Made by a program: the position numbers and the translations under genes | The notes under the pieces: generated by a model | What the model was told of the DNA's origin: nothing | Databases searched by the model: none | Seen by the model: the letters and a program-made list of their open reading frames with translations, nothing else | NCBI GenBank assembly: GCA_030390025.1 | Contig: CM059431.1 | Location: forward strand, 124,002,001 to 124,066,000 | Reading direction: 5' to 3' | Source of the DNA: Squalus acanthias | Taxonomy: Eukaryota | DNA: 64,000 bases | Shown here: positions 11,201-21,240 of the stretch, in pieces | Layout: each line of letters begins with the position of its first letter | How positions within the stretch are numbered: position 1 is the first letter of the stretch

Positions 11201-12278
11201 GCATCAGGGCAATCGCTTGTTGCTGGAACCCCGCAAAACGCGGGAGTGGGAAGTAGGAGACCAGGTCATGGTCAGAAACTACGCCAGAGTAGGGAGTCTG
11301 GAACCACTGTATATGGGACCCTACAACATTGTCGACAAGGCGAGTCCCATGGTTTACGCCGTAAAAGTACCACGGCGCACTAAGTGGTTCCACATAAACC
11401 AATGCAAACTGTACCAGCCAGGTGTGCAGGGGAAAACTACAGGGGTAAATCCCGCCAATGGGAAAGCACAGCCCCAGGTAGGACCACAAGGCACACAGGC
11501 AGGCATAGCAGCTTGCATCAGGGGAAGGGACATCCCGGACGATCATGCAGCGTTTTTCTGGAATTGGGGGTTAGATGAGGAAGAATTCAGGGTACCCGGG
11601 TCAGATGAGGATAGTGCAGATGAGGATAGTGATGACGACGGGTGGTTTCGGAGGAACGGTCCCTTTTACGATATGGAGGGGACGGGGGCTGCAGGTAGAG
11701 ATCCACACAGGGTGGACACACGAGCTGCAGGTCCCGAAGACAGGAGGGAGGAGCTAGAGGAGGCAGGGCCAGCCGCTATGGGAGCACAGAGAGTACCGGT
11801 GTGGCTCCCAGAGATGTGGCCGCCCGCTTTGAACGTCCAGTCCTCAGGGGAGGCAGAGATCACGAGTGAAGGGCCGCCTGCTGGGCCGAGCAGGGCGGAG
11901 CCACGAACTGCCAGCCCCGAGGTTAGGGAGGCGGAGTCAGCGGAGGCGGAGCCGGCGACTGTGATGGAACCCCAGGTCACCCCGATGGAAGTCTCGGAAC
12001 CCGGTCCGTCCGTCACGGAAACCCCGCCCATAGCAACTCCCCGTAGGTCAAGTAGAGAACCCCAGCCCAGGAGGATGTGGTCATGTCCCCAGACTGCCCC
12101 AAGGCGGAAATTTAAGGTTAAGATAACCCAGGTACAGACCGGCCACATCGCAGCAGTAACAGGCTGCGGCAGATCAGAGGGAAGGGTCAGCGCAGCAACA
12201 GGCTGCGGCAGATCAGAGGGAAGGGTCAGTGCCCTCCCACCGTCGGGAAGAGCTCGCAGCAGCCTTCTCAGAATTTAA
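8244..12278 (+). CDS. pol: Pol: reverse transcriptase, degenerate RNase H (tether), RNase H, integrase and an acidic/proline-rich tail
   Basis: RT motifs NSPLWPVRK, LDISNGFW, LPQGF, YVDD (8808-8819). First RNase H FFLEVAAS..LSAVLLQ; second RNase H YVDGS/SAQQAEL/SDS/HKVKAH/GNRQADALA. Integrase HHCC, IDYIGP, SDQG, GIVERMNRTLK, GPY. Out of frame with pro. Confidence 0.95.
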   Translation: MQTYVSDNMHAFATHKHDCGRVVGFEVSVDGDPMTRPQKQYNFPKEAEPDMETAMSSLVQQGVLRPIATHVNSPLWPVRKPDNSWRATVDYRVLNSNIPACAPTVAAVADLIGSIPASATTFTVLDISNGFWSIPLRREDQYKFAFTFKGQQYTWNCLPQGFHNSPSIFHQCMAGSLKEFSQPNQIVQYVDDLLLFTDSREEHGPLLDELLELLARKGFKINPKKARIGQREVKFLGLTIRAGERAIDKARRESVQELPIPNNVRGVRSFLGLTGYCRDFIEDYAATAAPLLRLLHKGVEWLWDEGCQAAFEKLKRDLQTAPALGAIDGGKEFFLEVAASGDSLSAVLLQERHGKLRPVVYSSRVLTDVERSFSNCERHLLATHWAVKRSAIFTGLSPITLLTHHTPTKMLLDGRIKDGTVSSARIARWTLLLSQLDLRVKGLCEPRLAANLVYPGTAHRCSVEGVWDVNIGLRAGIHPTGREIYVDGSSTVSAGERLTGCGVYDPAADLALAIKLPSTMSAQQAELSAVVYVVTHPDIFPTPYTICSDSMFTCNSCTEYLAIWSRRGYTSADGRPLTVKPLLEKILAAAVGEEGEIFIHKVKAHSSTMPRGEGNRQADALAREGARDGTFWNPYRTGPIAAVRGGDGNPGNTRVALPLDLKTVQTQDPALKAVLKTIAEGRQVEGPYSTATLSVKEGMLFREEQWVVPQQHRREFLQLAHEGPGAGHPGPEVTWQRVEQAGWWPGLREQVREFCANCLVCAANNPDPQKRKVPMGHVRRVEGPWQSIQIDYIGPLPTTQGGYKYCLVLVDVFSKWVEAFPCRTATALGTAKILVREVFSRWGLPRFVESDQGSHFTGQVMQNTLMLLGIEGKWHVAHNPQSSGIVERMNRTLKEKLRKETRNSPQKWAEVLPLVLMGVRASQSKSTGYSPHEVMTGRLMRTPTHVLAPVLTEGQLQEISRDKFAQTLLERLKQVYEQAAGNMGRQHQGNRLLLEPRKTREWEVGDQVMVRNYARVGSLEPLYMGPYNIVDKASPMVYAVKVPRRTKWFHINQCKLYQPGVQGKTTGVNPANGKAQPQVGPQGTQAGIAACIRGRDIPDDHAAFFWNWGLDEEEFRVPGSDEDSADEDSDDDGWFRRNGPFYDMEGTGAAGRDPHRVDTRAAGPEDRREELEEAGPAAMGAQRVPVWLPEMWPPALNVQSSGEAEITSEGPPAGPSRAEPRTASPEVREAESAEAEPATVMEPQVTPMEVSEPGPSVTETPPIATPRRSSREPQPRRMWSCPQTAPRRKFKVKITQVQTGHIAAVTGCGRSEGRVSAATGCGRSEGRVSALPPSGRARSSLLRI

Positions 12279-12564
12279 AGGGGCCGCCCTGAGAACGGGC
12301 GGCACTGTATAGTAAGTAGTAATAAGTTTTAAGTTTATAGTTCAAGGTTGAGTTTTATGTTTTATTAAGGTTAAGTTTATAGTGTTTTTAAAAGAAAACG
12401 ACAAAATGATGGGAGCTTTAAAGATAGGTTTAGTTGAAGTTTATTCAGCGAACGTTGAAGTTTACGTGAGGCGAGGTCAGGGGACCCGCTCACCCTTCAC
12501 AAAAGCCAGAGACTCTTGCGAGGCTGGCTACCTCATTCTATCTGATCACAGGAACCAAGGAAGG

Positions 12565-14916
12565 ATGGAACGAATTCTAGTATTGCTCGTGGCAATCGGA
12601 TGTGGATTGGCCTATCGAGGCCGCACCAAGGATGTCGTGGTGTTTGGATGTTCCGGGGACACGGCCCCCATCGCGGTGGATGGGACCGGAAGACGGGAGG
12701 CAGAGGAGACCAGCACCTATTTCCACAAGGGAAGGTGGCCAGGATGGCTGGGAACGAACTCAACGGAGTATTCCAGCACATCGGGGTTTGCCTACCAAGA
12801 GACTTCTTTACTGTGCCCCAAAGTAAGGATCATCGCACCCAGGATCAGCGTCACCGTCGGCAAACGGATTTGTTTGACTTGTAGTGGGAAGGTCCCATTG
12901 AGCCGATGGTGGTGGCTGCGAAAGCTGAGCAAAACTATGAGGAACTCTTCGGTCGAGTGGGAACGACTGGGTAATAATACCCATCGGACAATTACGGGGA
13001 CAGACGGACAAGTGAAAGTCTGGTGGGACAAATGGTGGGAACCGGATGAGGGAATTTATGTATGTATGTGGGGGTCAAAGTACGTTTGCCCCAAAGGCAT
13101 CTCCATATTTTTTATTAATCAATGGCAGGATAACGGTCAGGGGATGAGGTGGGATGCGAGCACCAGGGGGTGCGGAGCCCCATTCTCCCCGATCCCAGTA
13201 AATGCCACTGAGCTCATTACGCGCCCACGCAAAGCCCCGCCCACGATTCCGGTGGTTCTAGCTGAGGAAGAAGGGTGCCCTAAAACTAGTAAGGGACCCG
13301 GGAATGGTTTGGTACTGGTCCCCACAGACCAGATACTATTTCAAGGGGTACATTACGCGGTGGCCTCGGTGATTTTAAATCTTACTGAGGTGCGGTTACC
13401 AGAGTGGTGCCCCAAAAAGACGGAACAGTTGTACCAGGTCCTGTTGACCAAGATGTTCAGACAATTTTACGAATTCGATTTCGCGGAAATTGATAAAACA
13501 AGTTTGTACACCGCACCACAGGAAGTTTTGGATCAAGTAGGGAGGCAAAGAAGGGGTTTGGTGAACGATGCGTTCACTGCTTTTAACACAGGTACATCTG
13601 TGGTCAACGCTCTAGACAGTGTGGAGCTGCAGACCCAGATTAATGGTTTAAAGACACAATTAAAGGACATTCTAACAGATGAGAATAAAGTGGTAGGGTC
13701 GGGTTTACACGAGGACCAAGCCATGACCCTCCATTTAAAGGAAATTATAGCAGAGTTGGAGAAACATGCAAAGACGGTAAATGCCCTGATTAGGGAAGAT
13801 CGGAATGCATCCGATCAGGCTGCGCAGAACGAGGTGTGCGTGCTTTACGGGGCGTGGTTACTGGGCGAGGGCCGCAGTAATTTGGAGGATTTAAAACAAG
13901 GTTTGGTCCCGTCCTGGATAAGTAACAAACACCTGCAGGCGCTCCACCCTTTTCAGAACACATTAAACCCGTGCCAGCTCAGGCTAGCTTCAGAAGCTTA
14001 CCCAGTCCCCGTGGACTGTGGACGATCAAACCATACCATCATGGGTATAGTTTTACGTATGCCGGTTTTGGGCGACACAGCAAAGCCCGCCCCGGTGTAT
14101 CGGGTAGAGAACATTGGTGTCATTCAGGGGGGAGCCCACATTCGCTATGCAGCGGTTCCACCTTACGTCATCCGCTGGGAGCAAACGATGACAGGTACAG
14201 ATCTCTCTGGTTGTCGTGGCAGGGGAGCACACATAATACTGTGTCCCCAGCACTTGAATGCCTTTTTAACACCACAGTGCGGGTTCAGAACGACTGGCGC
14301 CAAGTCCATGAATTGCACCATGGAGGCAATGGCACAAGATCATGTGCCTCCGCAGGTAGCATACATCGGGGGTGGAACATATTGTGTTACCACTGCAGCG
14401 CAACACTACCAGCATGGAAACCGTAGCCGGTGTCCGGTGAGTGACAGCAGTTTCTGTTTTAAACCCAGGGCGGAAGTTCAAGTTGCACAACAGCGAATTA
14501 TCCCAATCCCTGAACCATCCACTGTTCATCTCACAGTAAAAGAGAATTTCACCGACTTGCAGCGATTCGTCGCGCATTTTGGATACACCATTCCCCCTCT
14601 CCCTGAACACCTCACCAAGCTTTTGAAAGCCGTCGCGGTGTCACAGAAACATTTTTATACATTAGAGCAGAAAACTGTCGAAATAGGAACAGACATTCTG
14701 GATATAGTAGTTCCACCGTGGTGGAATCTGTTCACAAATATTGAAGTGCCTTCATGGATTAGAATAGCCTCCCACATTTTAGTCGTATGCCAAGTGTTTA
14801 TCGTAGTGTACCTATTGGTCGTACATTGTAAAAGAGGCAAACGCCTCACCAAGCATGAAAACACGGGAGAGTGGCGAGAACGTTACGTGCGCGTGCACGA
14901 TGAGAGCACCGTGTAA
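12565..14916 (+). CDS. env: Envelope glycoprotein: signal peptide, Ig-like domain, class I fusion (F-like) module and transmembrane anchor
   Basis: Signal-like MERILVLLVAIGCGLA; LTC..W..DEGIYVC; furin site RQRR (13543-13554) followed by a heptad repeat; Cys-rich region; hydrophobic anchor IASHILVVCQVFIVVYLLVV; several N-X-S/T sequons. The ORF is open from 12382. Confidence 0.88.
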   Translation: MERILVLLVAIGCGLAYRGRTKDVVVFGCSGDTAPIAVDGTGRREAEETSTYFHKGRWPGWLGTNSTEYSSTSGFAYQETSLLCPKVRIIAPRISVTVGKRICLTCSGKVPLSRWWWLRKLSKTMRNSSVEWERLGNNTHRTITGTDGQVKVWWDKWWEPDEGIYVCMWGSKYVCPKGISIFFINQWQDNGQGMRWDASTRGCGAPFSPIPVNATELITRPRKAPPTIPVVLAEEEGCPKTSKGPGNGLVLVPTDQILFQGVHYAVASVILNLTEVRLPEWCPKKTEQLYQVLLTKMFRQFYEFDFAEIDKTSLYTAPQEVLDQVGRQRRGLVNDAFTAFNTGTSVVNALDSVELQTQINGLKTQLKDILTDENKVVGSGLHEDQAMTLHLKEIIAELEKHAKTVNALIREDRNASDQAAQNEVCVLYGAWLLGEGRSNLEDLKQGLVPSWISNKHLQALHPFQNTLNPCQLRLASEAYPVPVDCGRSNHTIMGIVLRMPVLGDTAKPAPVYRVENIGVIQGGAHIRYAAVPPYVIRWEQTMTGTDLSGCRGRGAHIILCPQHLNAFLTPQCGFRTTGAKSMNCTMEAMAQDHVPPQVAYIGGGTYCVTTAAQHYQHGNRSRCPVSDSSFCFKPRAEVQVAQQRIIPIPEPSTVHLTVKENFTDLQRFVAHFGYTIPPLPEHLTKLLKAVAVSQKHFYTLEQKTVEIGTDILDIVVPPWWNLFTNIEVPSWIRIASHILVVCQVFIVVYLLVVHCKRGKRLTKHENTGEWRERYVRVHDESTV

Positions 14917-15352
14917 TCGGAAAATGGCGTCACTCCCGCTCGCCACGTGCGCCGCGGAAGCCTGTACTCATATAAGATTTTCAGAGATTGTAAATACGTT
15001 GGAAACTCGACATGTTAAGAGTTGGTGTTGATTATTTTGGTGATGGTGTTACAGTTAAAAATGATTGTTTGGTTTTGGGTTTTGTTTTTCCTTACCCTGA
15101 ATAAAAGATGAATATACAGGTGATACGAGAGGCATCGGCCTGGTTACGCCGGGAAGGAAAACAAGTGGTGTAAGTTTAAGGGCAAATAATGCCTACGGTG
15201 ATATAAAATGTAATTTTCTTGGGAAATGAGGACGACACAGAGACCCTAGCTAAGTTAAAATTATGGGATTAATTTACTGGATTCGGAGAGAAATCGAGAT
15301 AATATTGCTCACCACTATGATTTTTGATACGATAAGCGGAGTTATTCGCATC

Positions 15353-15364
15353 AACAGGAGGGAC
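15353..15364 (+). other. Polypurine tract
   Basis: AACAGGAGGGAC lies immediately before the 3' LTR; short and imperfect. Confidence 0.6.
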
Positions 15365-16990
15365 TGTAGAATTCGCAATATATCGCGATTTTATTAATAA
15401 GGAGAAAACACAGAGTTTCGTTCAAACAGCTTTTATTTCAGCAGAATGCTGGCAGGTTTAAAGTGGACACAAGCAGCCTGTAAAATGGCCGCCGCACCTC
15501 GTGACAGAACATTCTAGACTTTTCAACAGGCAGACAAGATGGCGTTCCAGTAAACATTTGTGCAAGATCGATTAAGATTCAGCACAGTGAAGATAATACA
15601 CGAGACATTATGGGTTTGCAGTATACACATAGATACTGAAATCGGTCTCCCAGGTACAAAGGAAAGCCATTGTACCGAGTAATCAAGGGCCCATCCAAAA
15701 GACATTAATATGTAAAATCCCAACGACTCTACGATGAGAGAGCCGTTAGCAGGTAGTTATACAGGACACTTGGAAGCCCCAAACCCCTCCAGGGAGAACA
15801 CCGACCGATTTAACAATGGGAGAAATATTAACAGGTACTCAGACATTTACGAGTAGCCCCGAAACCCATTAAGAACGGAGATCACCCATACAAGACATTT
15901 GGGCGCCAAACCCTAAACAAAAGAATGGACATTATAGTTGGGCGGGAAACGGAAGATTTTGCACTATAATTGCAGGCTCCAAACCGTCCATTCTCTCTCT
16001 TGCTCTTGCTGCTCTTATCATCGTGGCTGCTCCTGTGTACTCGTAGTTGGGCTTCTGCTTGCCTGTTGCCTCTTCTGAAAAGACTGTTGAACTTTCTGAT
16101 CCGTTCGGATCTACCTCGTGTCGCGTAACGAAGACCTATGTTGGTAACTGGCAACGGAACCGAAGGCCCGAGATGAGATGAGATGAGATGAGATGAGAAG
16201 AGAGGAAGACCATATCCATCGCCACGGTCAGTAAATCCCGACCGCGCCTGTAGGTCGACTGTCCAAGTTTTCCTCGCCAGGAAGACTTCTTTGAACTTGC
16301 AAGGAAACATATCGTATCGACGATATCGATAACTGTGCTCGAAGAGTACCTGTTAAACCAACCAACACAGGTCTTCATCACAGCAGACGGTCCAGCCTGC
16401 TAGCCGGAGCAGCAGAAGCAAGTAAACAAGTGGGACCAGGAGATCTCCTGACCGACACGTGGGTGCTGCGGTGAAAAACATCCGATCAGCTATTCGGAAT
16501 TTCTCCGAGTTATCACGAGTGGTGAGCATGAGTCTCGAAATCCTACGAATCTAGTTTAGGATAGATATTGATAGGGGAGGGTTTAAGGATTAAGGATATT
16601 TGTAATGTGTGCCCCTATTTACTTTGTGCCGTTCGTTCCTCGTTTCCCTAAGATCGACTATATAACTGTTTGTAAGATTGTACTGTCATTAATCTGTGCT
16701 TATGACATGTATTTCATAATCTTAAGTATCATGCAATAAAGATTTTCCATTTCGTACCATTCAAACCGAGTCTACATGAGTTTCATCTCCATTACTGCTC
16801 TCGCATCTAAGTCCAGTGTCTAGAACCGTAAGGGAGAGTGATTCGAACCACTCACAGGTGTGTCTAGTGTTCCCAGACTGGCTGGAGACCAGAACAGGCA
16901 ACAAGGCCTAGACCCGCACTGACATACAGGCTGCACAGAGCCGCGTGAATCTCACAGGCTGCGAGACACGCAGGGTCAGAATCCCTTACA
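15365..16990 (+). repeat. 3' LTR (1,626 bp)
   Basis: Direct repeat of 4350-5975 at offset 11015; I noticed one mismatch (G5921 versus C16936). Confidence 0.97.
16735..16740 (+). terminator. Candidate polyadenylation signal in the LTR (also 5720-5725)
   Basis: AATAAA 250 nt from the LTR end. Confidence 0.55.
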
Positions 16991-17917
16991 GTGCTAGGAC
17001 CCCAGCTATTCACAATATATATTAATGATCTAGACGAGGGAACTAGATGTAATATCTCTAACTTTGCAGACGACACAAAGCTGGGTGGGCGTGTGTGCTG
17101 TGAGGAGGATGCAGAGAAACTCCAGTATGATTTGGACAGGTTGGGTGATTGGGCAGATGCATGGCAGATGCAGTATAATGTGGATAAATGCGAGGTTATC
17201 CACTTTGGTGGCAAAAACAGGACGACAGGTTATTATCTGAACGGCAATAGATTGGGAAAAGGGGAAGTGCAACGAGATCTGGGAGTCCTTGTGCAACAGT
17301 CGCTGAAGGTAAGCATGCAGGTGCAGCAGGTGGTTAAGAAGGCAAATGGTATGTTGGCCTTCATAGCGAGAGGATTCGCGTACAGGAGCAAGTATGTCTT
17401 GCTGCAGTTATACAAGGCCTTGGTGAGACCACACCTTGAGTATTGTGTGCAGGTTTGCTCGCCTTATCTGAGGAAGGATGTTCTTGCCATGGAGGGAGTG
17501 CAGCGAAGATTTACCAGACTGATACCAGGGGTGGCAGGAATGAAGTATGAAGAGAGATTGGGTCGATAGGCTTATATTCGCTAGAGTTTAGAAGAATGAG
17601 AGGGGATCTCATTGAAACTTATAAAATTCTAACAGGACTAGACAGACTAGATGCAGGAAGGATGTTCCCGATGGTGGGGGAGTCCAGAACCAGAGGTCAC
17701 AGTCTAAGGATAAGGGGTAAGCCATTTAGGACTGAGATGAGGAGGAATTTCTTCACCCAGAGAGTGGTGAACCTGTGGAATTCTCTACCACAGAAGGCAG
17801 TTGAGGCCAATTCATTAAATATATTCAAGAAGGAGATCAGCCATGATCTCATTAAATGGCGGAGCAGGCTCGAGGGGCCGAATGGCCTACTCCTGCTCCT
17901 ATCTTCTATGCTTCTAT
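16991..17917 (+). mobile_element. CR1 LINE; 3' part of the copy split by the provirus
   Basis: LGPQLFTIYIND, FADDTK, RPHLEYC, RGDLIETYK and a CR1 3' UTR; highly similar to the copy at 56581-58302. Confidence 0.92.
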
Positions 17918-18997
17918 GCAAGTCATTGCTGTTGTTGATATTACAAGAGATCTAAGTGGGTGAATTTCAGCAGGGTTCTTGAGAAATCATGTAAAAGGCA
18001 TTCATATTCTGAAATAGTTGAAAGTAAATTAGCGAAACAACATAAAGCCGCAATAATTGTAAAAGACCTGTTAAGGAGTGTGAAGACTTTTTTTAAATCC
18101 CACATGAGAAAATTGTGCAGAATTACATTGGGTAGGAATGCAAAAGAAAAGTGAATCCCAAACTCTGGTACAGAGCGAGGGTTCGTCATATAAAGATTTG
18201 AATTTATCGGAGCAGCATTGTTAAAAAAGATGTGTAGAGTGGACTTTTCAGCCACACAGAATGAGTGCAGTAGCGTTGTGGCTGAGATGGATCATCTGCT
18301 CCATGGGGGCCTGCAGGCACAGTCAACATCTGCACTTCACTAGCATTGCCATTGAAGGTCACTGTTACCCTCAACCATTATGCCATAGAGACTTTCCAGG
18401 CATGCACAGAGGACATGGCAAGAGTCAGTTGCTATACATCCATCACTGCATTAAAGACAAACTTAAGTCCCAGATTTGAACATAGGTAGTTTGAGTAATT
18501 GAAATTTACAAGATTGGTCTTCTAGCCTATTGAGCTGCATTAGAGCATGAAGACCGCGAAGACTATAAAGTATAAAATACTGAAGTGTTAAGGGCTTCTA
18601 AGGTTAATAACAAAGATCTGTAATTTTCTACAATTAGTGCTCTGAGTTTTCACCAATGATTTCTTTCTCTCTGCAAAAATATCAATATTCTTCAATTTTC
18701 CCACTCTAACTTAAGCTGACACACTGAGGGATTGTGGGATAAGTGTAAGCAAGGAAAAGATTTCATGAGATCTTTTCACAGAGCACAGTAAGATATATTT
18801 AGAAGCAAACCCCTGATGGCTGCTTCCAATACCTTATTTTTATTATTTCAAATCGCTTTTGAATATTTGGGTTACATCTTGTTTAATTATAATCTATAAA
18901 CAGGAAATTTCAGTTAATGAAGCCAATTTGTTAAATTAAAACATGTTAAGAGAAGAAAATATGTATTGGCCCAAAAGAGAGACTTTCGTAAAACAAT

Positions 18998-19742
18998 GGG
19001 CCGTAATTTGCGGCGCCTACGGGTGCGAACGCAGTGCTCATGCGTCCGTAAGGGCCGCGCAAGTTCCGGGATTAGGTATGCGCTAAAACCCGGAACTTGC
19101 GATCTGTCACGAATCTTCTGACAGATCCTCCACATCCCCGAGAGAAGGGCATCCACGGGTGGAGAGTTGGGCTATTTGCCCAACTTCTGCCCAGCGAATG
19201 TCTGTGAAATTCTTACACCTGGTAAAAGCAAGCGTAAGGCTTGCTTTTACCAGCGTAAGAGTCTTAAAAAACAGAAAATTACATTTTATCAATAATTTAT
19301 ACATTTAAAAACTTGTGAAATAAGGTAAATTTATTTTTAGCCCCTTTAATACATGAAAATTTATTTTTCAAAAAATTACATTTTTGTTTTAAATATTTAA
19401 TTAAATGCCATTTTAAATATGTGATTTTTTTTTAATTTATTTGAAGTGTAGATGTATTTTTTGGGGTATTCCCATTCATACTTACGGGGTTTCCGTACAT
19501 ACGGAATTCCCATAAGCATGAATGGGGATTCCCTTCTGCCATTCGTTGGTCCGGCCCATGTGATCCCAGGGGCGCTTGCGAACCGTGTGCACCCTGGGAT
19601 ACGTGGGCCTCTTCCCACATGTACCCAGAGAGGCCTAGGACCGCGAGGCTCCGTACCTCCCGGACCACCAGGTAGGCGCGGATTTTATTTGCGGATCGGA
19701 GGCATTTCCCCGCGGGAAGCCTCCGACCGCAAATTCAGGGCC
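18998..19742. mobile_element. Harbinger-like MITE
   Basis: Terminal inverted repeats GGGCCGTAATTTGCGG / CCGCAAATTCAGGGCC with a 3-bp AAT duplication; related to 367-1124. Confidence 0.7.
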
Positions 19743-20251
19743 AATGACTTTTACACAACTTGGACATTCCCAGGAGGATGGGGACTAAATTGGGCCATGT
19801 AATGCCCATTTTTTAGGTACTACGTGGCCAACTAAGGCTCAATAATAGGGTCTGAGATGCACGTGCACACTTCTGACGGGAAGTGCACATCTTGGTAAAG
19901 GAGTTTACTCGTGCGCCTAACGACCGCCGGCAGCATGCAGAGCAGCGAGATCATGATGGAAACTAGTGTGCAATGCTGCTTTGAAGCCACTACTGGCATC
20001 TTGCAACTCCCCACTCCAGCGAACACCCTGTCTTAACCTCGCACAGCTGAACACAGCATTAAACGAATGAAGGACCCCCACCAGTGCTATTTAAAGGGAT
20101 CTTGAAGTACTTACAGGTAAGCTGTGCAAACTTTTTGGAGATTTCCTATACTTGGCTAAAGTTTGAGTACTCTACAGGGAGTCTTCTGACTGGTCTTGCA
20201 GTACATATTTTGTCGTATAAAATATTGTGCTGAAAGAGGTTCCTTCCAGAC

Positions 20252-21240
20252 ATGGATGGCCTGGTAGGGCTTCCTCTGGGAAGTGAGCCTGACTGGCAGC
20301 ATGAAGAGAGGCCATGCAGAGCAGGGCAAGCTGCTAGAAGATGGAGGAGTAGGAGAGAGAAGGGGACTCAGCAGGAGGCCATATATGCCAAGGGTCTTCA
20401 GGCAGCAATTTTCTTACCTCAACTTCAGCGAGGTCCAATGCATGAGACGTCTTCACTTCACAAAACAGGTCATGAGTGAAATCTGTCAACTGCTGCAGCC
20501 ACAACTACAACCTTAAAGCAGGGCAAGGACAGCATTACCCGTGGCTATTAAGGTGACCGTGGCTCTTAGTTTTTATGCATCTGGCTCCTTTCAGGCTGCT
20601 GCTGGAGACATAAGCAACACCTCGCAGTTTTCAGTGCACTGCTGTATAAGGGAGGTCAGTAAGGCTCTCTATACAAAGAGAAACACATTCATCTCATTCC
20701 CTCATGCCAGAGGCAAGCAGGAGGAACGAGCATGAGGTTTTGTATGGATTGCAGGCTTCCCCATGGTGCAGGGAGCTATTAGACTGCACGCACATTGCCT
20801 TGCGTGCTCCACATCTGAACTCGGTCATTTTCATCAACCAAAAGGGATTCCACTTCCTCAATGTGCAGCTGGTGTGTGATCACAGGCGGCACATCATGTA
20901 GGTAAATGCCCATTATCCTCGTAGCAGTCGTGATTGTTTTATTCTGCGGCAGTCCTCTGTGCGATCTGTATTTGAACCGCCACGGCAAGTCAAAGGCTGG
21001 CTACTGGGTGACAAGGGTTATCCTCGCTTGACATGGCTCGTTACTCCTCTCCGGAATCCACACAAACATGCACAGCAGGCATACAATGAGAGCCATGCTA
21101 CCACAAGGAACATTATAGTGCACAGCATCGGCATCCTCAAGCAATGATTCTGCTGCCTGGACCGCTCTGGAGGAGCGCTGCAGTACCCAACTGAGCAGGT
21201 ATGAAGATTTGTGGTGGTCTGCTGCATGCTGCACAGCCTG
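20252..21240 (+). pseudogene. Harbinger DDE transposase pseudogene
   Basis: VALSFYASGSFQ, DCTHIALRAP, KGFHFLNVQLVCD, WLLGDKGY, YNESHATTRNII; contains stops and frameshifts. Confidence 0.88.

Larger units (their letters stand above)
4350..16990 (+). mobile_element. Full-length endogenous retrovirus-like provirus (LTR-gag-pro-pol-env-LTR), lokiretrovirus-like
   Basis: TG...CA LTR pair, 4-bp target-site duplication GTGC (4346-4349 and 16991-16994), PBS, PPT, gag/pro/RT/RNase H/RNase H/IN and an env ORF. Confidence 0.95.

Noticed and set aside
12382..12564. N-terminal 61 aa of the env ORF in the ORF track
   Set aside because: Starts at GTG, not ATG; the signal peptide begins at ATG 12565, just after a plausible splice acceptor.
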